A stretch of 64,000 bases of DNA from Chiloscyllium plagiosum (taxonomy: Eukaryota), in NCBI RefSeq assembly GCF_004010195.1, contig NC_057718.1, positions 26,039,341 through 26,103,340 on the forward strand, read 5' to 3'. The position numbers and the translations under genes were made by a program. Below the pieces are notes generated by a model. The model was given only the letters and a program-made list of their open reading frames with translations. It searched no databases and had not been told where the DNA came from. Numbering within the stretch: position 1 is the first letter of the stretch; each line of letters begins with the position of its first letter. This document shows positions 12,641-24,300 of the stretch, one piece after another.

Positions 12641-14034
12641 GTTAATGTATAACTGATGGAAGGAATTTTCACCCCTTACACAACCGGCTGGTAAATTCCA
12701 GAATCAGTCATTTCATGATATAATTCAACAGGTTCCTTCTAAACTAATCATGCACACCCACATACTCATTGAGGTAATTTGGAGTTATCTTATTTTCCAA
12801 TGGAGCTTGACACAGTTGTGTTGAAGCTAATACTTTGTAAAGTCTGTCTTCAATCTTTCTCTGTCATATCACTATTGAAGGGATTGCTGATTTTGAAATC
12901 CGAAATCTGATATTGTGTGTTTTTCCCAATTCAAAGCATCATTTCCACTACTCTTGTTCCGTGAGCCTTGGTCCATTTTTTAACTCTCCCAAAGAAAAGG
13001 AACTCTAGGTTCCTGGCAGAAATAAGCTCGCTTTGACCTCCTTTCGTCATTTGGATAATCAAACCCTTGGCTTTATTTGTTGTTTGCTGCCAACTTACTC
13101 TGCTGGTAACTTTGTGTAAAATAAACACAACCTGGAGTTATTTTTAAACACATTAGTTTCTGGGTACCATTATGAATCTGTCTCCACTAGGTTTATGATC
13201 TTAAGAGCAATTGGTTAAGCAACTTATGACTTGGTAACCCTGCAGAATAGAATATATCTTGTCCTCCTCCTTAGGCTTGTGTAATTTGTAGTATCTCAAT
13301 TATATTGGATGTTATTGTATTATTTTCACTGTACCAAGGGAGCAGCCTCCTCCACAGCACATTATGAAACAGTGGTGATTCATTTTTTTTTCCCTCCAGG
13401 ACTGTTTGTGTGCACTGAATAATATTATCTGATGTATTATATATCATTTGTAAACCCTGGTTGGATACCTGCTGTAGCTGAATAATTACGAGCTTTGTTC
13501 TATTACAAGGCCACAGTCACCTCATAATATTCCTTGTTACCTCCGTTAAAAGTTCCTCAGTTTTCAAATTTATTAAAAGCTGACAGTAAACTTGGGGAAT
13601 TTTCACTCGCAATGAACAATTGAACAGAGTGTAATAACGCAAAGACCATTTGAAAACTTATTTTGTATTTGACATGTCAAGTCTCAGATGATATATTTAA
13701 CATTTGGAGGTGTTGGCAAATAACTCTCTGCCCTCAATTCCAGTTTGATTGTTAAACAAGAAATCGTGCTCCAGCACCATTTGGGGAGCTCTGCCCGCAG
13801 CTGGTGGCAGATTACCAGCGGCAGGTGGCACTTCCACCATGGAGGGATATCTGATAGTCTCCTTACAGACTTCAGATTGGGCACCCCTTGACCCTCAGGG
13901 AGCCAAGCAGCTGGTTTTGCTAGGCAGCTGTCAAGAGAGCTGCATGGCATAGTGCTACATCAATCTCACCATGTGCCAGCAGCTTACACAGCAAACACAC
14001 TGCATTGGCAGCGAGCGAGGAATCAAATTTTGAC

Positions 14035-15880
14035 GGTATTAGGCAAGAACTTTTGACAGCTGATTGGAGGCAGATGTTCGCAGGTAAAGGGACGGCTGGA
14101 AAATGGGAAGCCTTCAGAAATGAAATAACAAGAATCTAGAGAAAGTATATTCCTGTCGGGGTGAAAGGAAAGGCTGGTATGTACAGAGAATGCTGGATGA
14201 CTAAAGAAATCGAGGGTTTGGTTGAGAAAAAGAAGGAAGCATATGTCAGGTATAGACAGGATAGATCGAGTGAATCCTTAGAAGAGCATAAAAGGCAGTA
14301 GGAGTATACTTAAGAGGGAAATCAGGAGGCAAAAAGGGGACACGAGATATCTTTGGCAAATAGAATTAAGGAGAATCCAAAGGGTTTTTAAAAATATATT
14401 AAGGACAAAAGAGTAACTAGGGAGAGAATAGGGCCCCTCAAGGATCAGCAAGGCAGCCTTTGTGTGGAGGAAAATGGGGGAGATACTAAATGAATATTTT
14501 GCATCAGCATTTACTGTGGAAAAGGATATGGAAGATATAGACTATAGGGAAATAGATGGTGACATGTTGCAAAATGTCCAGATTACAGAGGTACAGAGGA
14601 GGAAGTGCTGGATGTCTTGAAACGGCTAAAGGTGGATAAATCCCCAGGACCTGATCAGATGTACCCGAGAACTCTGTGGGAAGCTGGAGAAGTGATTGTT
14701 GGGCCTCTTGCTGAGATATTTGTATCATCGATAGTCACAGGAGAGGTGTGGGAAGACTGGAGGTTGGCAAATGTGGTGCCTCTGTTTAAGAAGGGAGGTA
14801 AAGACAAGCCAGGGAACGATAGACCAATGAGCCTGACCTCAGTGGTGGGCAAGTTGTTGGAGGGAATCCTGAGGGACAGGATGTACATGTATTTGGAAAG
14901 GCAAGGACGGATTAGGGATAGTCAACATGGCTTTGTGCGTGGGAAATCATGCCTCGCAAACTTGATTGAGTTTTTTGAAGAAGTAACAAAGAAGATTGAT
15001 GAGGGCAGAGCAGTCGATGTGATCTATATGGACTTCAGTAAGGTGTTAGACAAGGTTCCCCATGGGAGACTGATTAGCAAGGTTAGGTCTCATGGAATAC
15101 AGGGAGAACTAGCCATTTGGATACAGAACTGGCTCAAAGGTAGAAGACAGNNNNNNNNNNNNNNNNNNNNNNNNNNNNNNNNNNNNNNNNNNNNNNNNNN
15201 NNNNNNNNNNNNNNNNNNNNNNNNNNNNNNNNNNNNNNNNNNNNNNNNNNNNNNNNNNNNNNNNNNNNNNNNNNNNNNNNNNNNNNNNNNNNNNNNNNNN
15301 NNNNNNNNNNNNNNNNNNNNNNNNNNNNNNNNNNNNNNNNNNNNNNNNNNNNNNNNNNNNNNNNNNNNNNNNNNNNNNNNNNNNNNNNNNNNNNNNNNNN
15401 NNNNNNNNNNNNNNNNNNNNNNNNNNNNNNNNNNNNNNNNNNNNNNNNNNNNNNNNNNNNNNNNNNNNNNNNNNNNNNNNNNNNNNNNNNNNNNNNNNNN
15501 NNNNNNNNNNNNNNNNNNNNNNNNNNNNNNNNNNNNNNNNNNNNNNNNNNNNNNNNNNNNNCTTTTCCCTGGGGTTGGGGAGTCCAGAATTAGAGGGCAT
15601 AGGTTTAGGGTGAGAGGGGAAAGATATAAAAGACACCTATGGGGCAACTTTTTCACACAGAGGGTGGTACGTGTATGGAATGAGCTGCCAGAGGATGTGG
15701 TGGAGGCTGGTACAATTGCAACATTTAAGAGGCATTTGGATGGGTATATGAACAGGAAGGGTTTGGAGAGATATGGGCTGGGTGCTGGCAGGTGGGACTA
15801 GATTGGGTTGGGATATCTGGTCAGCAAGGACAGGTTGGACCGAAGGGTCTGTTTCCGTGCTGTACATCTCTATGACTCTA
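14035..15880 (+). mobile_element. HER1 LINE, 5'-truncated ORF2 (RT) with assembly gap
   Basis: ORF 14605-15801 (DKSPGPDQMYPRTL, SQHGFVRGKSCLANL, IYMDFSK) and HER1 tail. Confidence 0.92.
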
Positions 15881-17396
15881 TGTTTCAAAGCATTAGGGGA
15901 TAAGCATCAGTCAGGTCCAGTGAGACACCCATCAATGTGGTCTTGGCACAATAGGTCAAGGATAACGACCAATACCAGTTATTGGTTATGTTCAGTCATT
16001 TAGTGTGGTGCTCCTGGTCGGTGGTCATTGGCTCTGCAGGCTTGGGAGTGTGTCATAGTCAGCCCTTTGGTTGTGTAGCTGCCAGTCCAAAGTTAATACA
16101 GTCTGGGCCATATACAGGCATGAGTCAGGGGTCCGGGCACTTCTTGGCTGGGGAAGTCTAAGCTCAAGGCTGTGGGCCATGGTCTGTCCATTGGGTCCAC
16201 AGAATCTAAGAGGAAAGGGAGATTGGGAGGGTAAAGGGGTCCAATGCTGCAGGAATAACATCAGGGAATCGATTTGGGGGCATTGGGGCTCACAGGCGAG
16301 CAGGGGGAAGGGAAGATGAGAATTGTTCAGAATGGGAAAGTGTACTTGTCATTGGTGGACAGATATGACAAAGAATGGATGGAAATTGGGTCATGCAGGG
16401 GTTTGTACATGGTAAATAGCTGTGGCTTCAAGGGAGGGGACAGTTTATCACCACACCTGGCATAGTCATCTCATATGGCAGCAGAAGGAGGAGAGTGTGT
16501 GTAGGTAAAGGTGGGCTGGGGCAGGCTCATGTGGACAGGTTGGGTAGGGACCTGGGTAAATGTAAAGCCAAAGGGATTTCACAGGGAGGGATGTTTTGAT
16601 GTTCAAGGGCTCGTTAGTCCAAAGAGATGGAATGTTTGCCAGAAAAGTGTTTGCATTGGAAATCTCAACTGCGCAATGACAAAGAAGTAGTAATAACTGT
16701 CTGCTCCGGAATCAGTGGAATAAATGATTGGACCTGCAAGGGAGAGGGCTGCAACCCTCCACCATTGAAATCCTTCAAAGGGCAGCAACATTACACACAC
16801 CCAATCACTGAGCAGGAAATCAGCTTGTGAGCTCCTAACCCCTGGCGACTGTTATTCATTGGCTGTCTATGTGCTGGAGATCTCTCTAAGACATCGCTGA
16901 CCACTTCATGCATACCTCCCCATCACACTGAGAGCACATAACGCGATGGAATGTTTGACCAATAGGGTCAACGCTGCCAGTGTATCTCACAGCAATCTAA
17001 GCACCCGATTTACCAACTTCTACATGCAGCAGTGACCTCTCAACACGGGCAGTATATTGCAACAATGTTTACTGTGGAGAAGGACATGGAAGATATAAAA
17101 TATAGGGAACTGGATGGAGACATCTTGAAAAATGTCCATATTACAGAGGAGGAAGTGCTGGGTGTCTTAAAATCCATAAAGGTGGATAAATCCTCAGAGC
17201 CTGATCAGGTGTACCCTAGAACTTTGTGGGAAGCTTGGGAAGTGATTGCTGAGCCTCTTGCTGAGATATTTGTATCGTCGATAGTCACAGGTGAGGTGCC
17301 GGAAGATTGGAGGCTGGCTAACATGGTACCACTATTTAAGAAAGTTGGTAAGGACAAGCCAGGGAACCCATAGATCGGTGGGCTTGATATTGGTGG

Positions 17397-18407
17397 TATA
17401 AACCACATCATCCAACGACATTTCTGCCACCTCCAAACGGACCCCACGACCAGGAATATATTTCCCTCCCCACCCCTTTCCCCCTTCCGCAAAAACCGTT
17501 CCCTCCCTGACTACCTGGTCAGGTTCACGCCCCCCTACAACCCACCCTCCCCTCCTGGCACCCTCCCCTGCCACCGCAGGAATTGCAAAACCTGTGCCCA
17601 CACCTCCTCCCTCACCTCCATCCAAGGCCCTAAAGGAGCCTTCCACATCCATCAAAGTTTTACCTGCACATCAACCAATATCATTTATTGTATCCATTGC
17701 TCCCGATGCGGTCTTCTCTACATTAGGGAGAGTGGATGCCTCCTAGCAGAGCACTTTGGGGAACTTCTCTGGGACACCCGCACCAATCAACCCCACCGCC
17801 CTGTGGCCCAACATTTCAACTCCCTCTCCCACTCTGCTGAGGTCATGCAGGTCCTGGGCCACCTTCACCGCCGCTCCCTCACCACCAGACGCCTGGAGGA
17901 AGAACATCTCATCTTCTGCCTCAAAACACTTCAACCCCAGGGCATCAATGTGAACTTCACCAGTTTCCTCATTTCCCCTTCCCCCACCTCATCCCAGTTC
18001 TAACCTTCCAACTCAGCACCATCCCCATGACCTGTCCTACCTGCTTATCTTCCTTTCCACCTATCCGCTGCACCCTCCCCTCTGACCTATCACCTCCATC
18101 CCCTCCCCTATTCACCTATTGTACCCTATTCTACTTTCTCCCCACCCCACCCTCCTCTCTGACCTATCATGTCCATCCCCACCCCACATTCACCTACTGT
18201 ACTCTATGCTACTTTCTCCCCACCCCCACCCCCCTTTTATTCATCTCTCCACTCTGCAGGCACCCTGCCTCTATTCCTGATGAAGGGCTTTTGCCTGAAA
18301 TGTCAATTTTCCTGCTCCTTGGATGCTGCCTGACCTGCTGTGCTTTTCCAGCACCACTCTAATCTAGACTCTGGTTTCCAGCATCTGCAGTCCTTGTTTT
18401 TTTTTAG
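17397..18407 (+). mobile_element. 5'-truncated Penelope-like element: GIY-YIG endonuclease, 3' UTR and hammerhead core
   Basis: About 200 open codons 17398-18003: CHRRNCKTC...FTCTSTNIIYCIHCSRCGLLYIRESG...VAQHFN...RRLEEEHLIF..TLQPQGIN; TSD ttga(t/c)attggtgg at 17384-17396 and 18408-18420. Confidence 0.92.
18277..18304 (+). ncRNA. Minimal type-I hammerhead ribozyme-like motif in PLE 3' end
   Basis: CTGATGA-a-gggc-tttt-gcct-GAAA-tgtc; catalytic core boxes flank a stem II hairpin. Confidence 0.6.
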
Positions 18408-19434
18408 TTGACATTGGTGGGCAAGTTGTTGGAAGGAATCCTGAGGGACAGGTTATACACGTATTTGGAAAGACAAGAACTGATTAAGGATAGGCAACAT
18501 AGTTTTGTGCGTGAGAAATCATGTCTCATGAACTTGATTGAGTTTTTGAAGAAGTAACAAAGAGGATTGATGAGGGCAGAGCAGTGAACGTGATCTATAT
18601 GGACGTCAGGAAGGCGTTCAAAAAGGTTCACTTTTGGAGACTGGTTAACAAGGTTAGATCTCATGGAATACAGGGAGAACTAGCCATTTGGATACAGAAC
18701 TGGCTCAAAGGTAGAAGACAAAGGTTGGTGGTGGACAGTTGTCTTTCAGACTGGAGGCCTGTTACCAGTGGAGTCCTCAAGGGTGTTGTGAAACTTGGAA
18801 GGGTTCAGAAAAGATTTGCAAAAGTGCTGCCAGGGTAGGAGGATTTGAGCTATAGGGAGAGGTTGAATAAGCTGGGGCTGTTTTCCCTGGAGCGTCAGAG
18901 GCTGATGGGTAACCTTACAGAGGTTTTTAAAATCATGAAGGGCATGGATGGGATAAATAGACAAGGTCTTTTCCTCGGGTGAGGGAGTCCAGAACTGGAG
19001 GGCATAGTTTTAGGGTGAGAGGGGAAAGATATAAAAGAGATCTAAGGGGCATCTTTTTCACGCAGAGAGTGGTGAGTGTATGGAATGCACTACCAGAGGA
19101 AGTGGTGGAGGCTGGTACAATTGCAACATTTAAAAGGCATCTGGATGGGTATCCATCTGGATGGAGATGGACTGGGCTATGGGTACTGGCAAGTGGGACT
19201 AGATTAGGTTGGGATATCTGGGGGACATGGATGTGTTGGACTGAAGGGTCTGTGTCCGTGCTGTACATCTCTATGACTGTGTGGTAATGATGATAGGCAT
19301 GATGCTAAGGTACTTCCATTATGGTCTAAATAGAGATGTGGTTGAAGTGTTGGAGAACTGATGAACATCTGTAGTTGCACAAACAAAGTTTCACCCATGC
19401 CATCTATATGCCGTTTAAAAAAGATTTTGCTCAT

Positions 19435-21240
19435 AGGAGCGTAAGAACAGGCATCGTCCATTCAGCCCCTCAAGCCTTTCCCACCATTCAATAAGATCAT
19501 GATTAATCTGCGGCCTAACTGCTTATGCCTACCTTGGGCACATATCCTTTAATACCCTTGCTGAATAAAATATTATCATTCATAACAAATGAATTAACAT
19601 CAATCACCATTTGAGGAAGAGAGTTCCAAACTTTCACGACTCTTTGCATGTAGAAGTGCTTTTCAACATCTCTCCTGAAAGGCCTAGCCTTAATTCTTAG
19701 ACTATCTTTAATAGTCTATCTTTACTCATTCTGTCTTTCCCTGTTAATACCCTGAAGACTTCGATTAGATCACCCCTGATCCTTCTAAATTCTAGAGAAT
19801 AAAGGCCTAATTGTCTAATCTCTTTTTTTCATAACATAACCCCTGAAGTCCAGCTATCATCCTTATAAAGCTGCATTGAACTCCCTTCATGCCAAAACAT
19901 CCTTCCCAAGGTGTTGTGCTCAGATCTGCTCACAGTACTCTTGTGGGGTCTAACTATGGTTTTGTATAAGTCCAGCATAACGTCTACTCCAGCCCTTTCA
20001 ATATGAAGGCCAGCATTCCATTAGCCTTCTTGAATATTTTCAGCACTTGCTTATGGCATTTTAAAGAGCTAAGCAACTGAACTCCCAAATCTCGATGGAC
20101 ATCCACTATATTTAACTTTGTGCCTTCTAAAACAAACATCATGAATCTATCCGTTATTCTGGATAACCTCACACCTGTTATATTAAAGTCCATCTATCAC
20201 AGCTTTGCCCATTCACCTAATCTATCAATATCCTGTTGGAATTATATGCTGTCATCAACACCGACTGCAACGCTGCCTAACTGTGTCATTGGCAAATTTG
20301 GATATTTGACTTTTGATGCCATTATCTAAGTTGTTAATGAATATTATGGATAATTGAGGCCTCAACATGGATGCCTGTGGGATATCACTAGTCACATCAT
20401 GCCAATTTGAGTACTTACCCATTATTCCAACATTCTGTTTCCTGATAATAAATTTCCTATCCTTGTCACTGGATAGCTGGTAGCTCAGTGGTTAGCACTG
20501 CTGCCTCACATTCAATTTCACCCTCAGGTGACTGTCCATGTGGAGTTTGCACATTTTCTGTGTGGGTTTCCTCTGGGTGCTCTGGTTTCCTCCTACAATC
20601 TAAAGATGTGCCGGTTAGGTGCATTGGTCATGCTAAATTGTCCCATAGTGTCAAAGGATGTGCAGGCTATGTAGGTTTGCCATGGGAACTGCAGAGTTAG
20701 AGATTGGGTAGGTGTGGACTTGATGGGTCAAATGGCCCACTCCAACATTGTAGGGATTTAATGTCAATAATTTGCCCTGGCTTCCATCTTAGCTAATATT
20801 CTCTTTTGTAGGACGTTATCAATAGTCTTCTGGAAGTCCACATAAACAATATCCATCGACTTAATCAGTCCACAAACTCTGTCACCTTTTCAAAGAACTC
20901 TGAGGTTTATAAGGCATGACCTACCCTTTGTGAATCCATGCTGACTGTCCCTGATTAATTGAAATTTTTCGAGGTCACCAGTTACCCTATTGTTGATGAT
21001 AGACTCAAACAATTTCCCCACTACAGACATCAGGTTAACTGGTCCATGATTCCCTGGTTTCCCTCTGTCACCTGTCATAGTGACATGGGCAGATATCCAA
21101 TCCAGAGCTATAACTCCGAAATCCAGGGAATTCCGAAAGATTATGACTGGGGCGTTGGTTTGTGCTCTTCTATCTCCTTTAACATCCATGGATGGAAACC
21201 ATCAGGTACTGGGGATTTGTCACAGTTCAATTCCATTAAT
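19435..21240 (-). mobile_element. CR1 LINE (RT to 3' tail), interrupted by HE1
   Basis: ORFs 20890-21189 (IRDSQHGFTKGRSCLINL) and 19984-20193 (RDLGVQ...KKANGMLAFI). Confidence 0.82.
20475..20760 (+). mobile_element. HE1 SINE (older, with deletions)
   Basis: gtagctcagtggttagcactgctgcctcaca...tgtggagtttgcac. Confidence 0.82.
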
Positions 21241-21360
21241 TTCCCCATTATTGATGATTTATTTAGGCTGTTTATTTAGACCTTTTCCCTCCCCCTCTGT
21301 TCCAGTATAGCCTGTGGTTCTGCAGCTGGGGTGGAGGGAGGCTACTCTCCAATGGAACTT

Positions 21361-21706
21361 CATAGAATCATAGAACCCCTCCAGTGTGGAAACAGGCCCT
21401 TCGGCCCAACAAGTCCACACCTACCCTCTGAAGAGTAACCCAGCCAGACCCATTCTCCTACCCGATTACTCTACATTTACCTCTGTCTACCGCACCTAAC
21501 CTACACACTATGGACAATTTAGCATGGCCAATCTACCTCACCTGCACATCTTTGGATTTTGGGAGGCAGCCGGAGCACCGGGAAGAAACCCAAGCAGACA
21601 CAGGGAGAATGTGCAAACTCCACACAGACTGTCACTTGAGGCTGGAATCGAACCCGGGTCCCTGCCGCTGTGAGGCAGTGCTAACCACTGAGCCAGTGTG
21701 CTACCC
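21361..21706 (-). mobile_element. HE1 SINE
   Basis: Reverse complement homologous to 697-1017. Confidence 0.9.
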
Positions 21707-21716
21707 ATAATTCCCA

Positions 21717-21788
21717 TTCCCTGATCGGGAATCAAACCCAGGCTGCAGCAGTGAAAGTGCCAAATCCTAACTACTAGATGACCAAGAA
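21717..21788 (-). pseudogene. tRNA-Glu(TTC) pseudogene
   Basis: Minus strand ttcttggtcatctagtagttaggatttggcactTTCactgctgcagcctgggtttgattcccgatcagggaa aligns without gaps over 72 nt to vertebrate tRNA-Glu; most differences are CpG-type transitions. Confidence 0.8.
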
Positions 21789-22317
21789 AGGCTTGTTGAT
21801 CTTGGTGCTTTTGATGGGTGACCCTGGGTATTTCTGTCTAATTGGCTGAGACATGCTGAGAGGAAGAGCATCCTCCTCAGTGTGACCTTTCACAGGTCAG
21901 AGGGTGATATGCCGGATGGAATTGTAAAGCCTTACCAGATCTAGCGTGTCCCATGGGGAAGGTGCTGTAGGGTTTTTGTATGGACCTCTTTCGACTTGGT
22001 GCCTCCTGTCACCACCGTGTCTACATGTAAGGAAGGAGTGTCTGAAATGTGCTAAAGGAGCCCTTCACCCCATCTTGACTCGCCCTCGTCCCTGAGGCAT
22101 GATAGCTTGACCGATAAATTCCAGGTACGATTGCTTATCCAACTGACCCTCAGGATGCTAGATCTGGCTTTCCATGGCAGTTACCATCCTGTCCATACAT
22201 GTGTCAGCTGAGTCCTCATAGTGTAGCTCACACTTACAGCCTTTGAATCAGGAGGGCCTTGCCTCACACATCCCTATCAGCTATTCTTTTGTGGATTTGC
22301 ACAAAGTCCTTAGATTG

Positions 22318-22790
22318 AAAGTCGAAAGGTTTCGGAAAAGACTTACAAGGATGTTGCCAGGGTTGGAGGGTTTGAGCTATAGGGAGAAGCTGACTTGACT
22401 CGGCCTGTTTTCCCTGAAGTGTCGGAGGCTGAGGGGTGACCTTATAAAGGTTTATAAAATAATGAGGGACATGGATAGGGTAATTAGACAAAGTATTTTC
22501 ACTGGGGCGGGGGAGTCCAGAACTAGTGGCATAGGTTTAAGGTGAGAGGGGAAAGATTTAAAAGGGACCTACGGGGCAACCTTTTCATGAAGAGGGTGGT
22601 GCATGTAAGGAATGAGCTGCCTGAGGAAGTGGTGGAGGCCGGTACAATCACAACATACTAAAGGCATCTGGGTTTAGAGGGATATGGGTCAAGTGCTGGC
22701 AAATGGGACTAGGTTAGGTTGGGATATCTGGTTGGCATGGACGAATTGGATGGAAGGGTCTGTTTCCATGCTGTACATCTCTATGACTCT
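22318..22790 (+). mobile_element. HER1 LINE 3' fragment
   Basis: RT C-terminus and tail ctctatgactct. Confidence 0.88.
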
Positions 22791-23491
22791 ACGCTGACAG
22801 CGATGGGCCCTCTCCTGCTCCCTGGCAGTCCTCCAAGTGTCAATGACCTGGGCTGTTTCTCTCTTGGCCAACTGCTGAGTGCTCCCAGATATTTTACAGC
22901 TGAGATTTCCATCAAGGCATTAGTATCTGAGCTGCTGGGAGTGCAGGATTTAGCTTGGCCTCTGAATTCTCCTCCTCAGAGATCTGTGATGGTTGTCCTT
23001 CTAGACAGGCAGCTCATGTAACTGCTGAGGCTGCAGCTAGCTCACCAGAATCTGCAAAACACGAGGGAGAACAAGTCATAGCCAAGGGTTGGAATTAGTT
23101 TGCAGTGAGTGATGCTTAGAGCGGGGTTTCTGTGAGCACCACAGTGGAATGAGGAATGGTACTTACTCAGTTAGTGGGACATGAATGTCTCAGCATCCTG
23201 CTGAGCTTGGACTAGGGTTCTCTCATAACGAGAAAAAGGGAGGGATTGAGATAAAAGTGGATGGCATTGGTGCTAGTGCAGGCGGGAGAAAGATAGTGAG
23301 GTGTCACGATTGGGTGAGTTGGCAACTCAGTGCCTGTGGGATTGATCATGGAGGGTTTGGTGGGCATTGAGAATGAGGACACATGTGGGAAGGTTTCGAA
23401 AGAGGGTGGAGCATGGGTCTCGGTGGGCTGCGGCTGCTGTGGTAGAAATAGAGTGAGTACGAGTAAACAGAGAAAAGAGCACGGCACTTAC

Positions 23492-23731
23492 CCTGGCAGA
23501 GTGAACTCAGTGATTGACCTTTCTCCTGCAACGCTGCACATTCCTTGGAGACTGCAGATGGTGAGCATGCACTAGGCTAGCTGGCTCTGGTGTTGTGACC
23601 TCCGGAGAGAGGAAGACAGGCCTCCTCTGTAGCATGCCTACAATAAGGACCTGCAGATCCCTGTCTGAGAATCGAGGCTCCTGCTTCCGCTTCTCACCGC
23701 GGCCTTTTCCGTCTGAAATGAGGAGATGCAC
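23492..23731 (-). pseudogene. Myb/SANT-like DNA-binding domain exon, probably the accessory gene of a decayed PIF/Harbinger transposon
   Basis: RKQEPRFSDRDLQVLIVGMLQRRPVFL...RNVQRCRRKVNH*VHSAR followed by a GTAAGT donor (plus-strand acttac 23486-23491). Confidence 0.6.
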
Positions 23732-23836
23732 CTTCTGAATGCTCAGTGCTCATCAGGGTACACAGCTACCTTTTCGAGATAATTCAGCCTCCAGGGATAC
23801 CAGTCTTTTAGGGGATATCTGAGTTGTTCCAGAATT

Positions 23837-24156
23837 GATTAGATTAGATTACATTACATTACAGTATGGAAACAGGCCATTCGGCCCAACAAGTCCACAC
23901 CGACCCGCCGAAGCGCAACCCACCCATACCCCTACATTTACCCCTTACCTAACACTACGGGCAATTTAGCATGGCCAATTCACCTGACCTGCACATCTTT
24001 GGACTGTGGGAGGAAACCGGAGCACCCGGAGGAAACCCACGCAGACACGGGGAGAACGTGCAAACTCCACACAGTCAGTCGCCTGAGGCGGGAAATGAAC
24101 CCGGGTCTCTGGCGCTGTGAGGCAGCAGTGCTAACCACTGTGCCACCGTGCCGCCC
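23837..24156 (-). mobile_element. HE1 SINE (young)
   Basis: Near-identical to the reverse complement of 697-1017; (TAATC)n-type tail. Confidence 0.93.
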
Positions 24157-24276
24157 ACAACGGTGGATGGTAGCATGGGGTGAGAATTGGGCAGAACAGA
24201 TGCCACGGCTAATATAAGTAATTTATGATGCTCATTGGGTAAGATGTTGCAAGAAAACCTACCAGGCCTTGCAGAT

Positions 24277-24300
24277 AGAGAGAGAGAGAGAGAGAGAGAG
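24277..24300. repeat. (AG)12 microsatellite
   Basis: Directly visible. Confidence 0.95.

Larger units (their letters stand above)
17065..19280 (+). mobile_element. HER1 LINE with internal deletion, split by a Penelope insertion
   Basis: RT peptides on both sides of 17397-18407; HER1 tail at about 19200-19278. Confidence 0.9.

Noticed and set aside
12766..13012. Possible minus-strand exon between atttctgccag and gtatgt
   Set aside because: Stops in all three frames
13380..13435. Strong polypyrimidine acceptor ttttttttccctccag
   Set aside because: All three frames hit stops within a few codons and no donor follows
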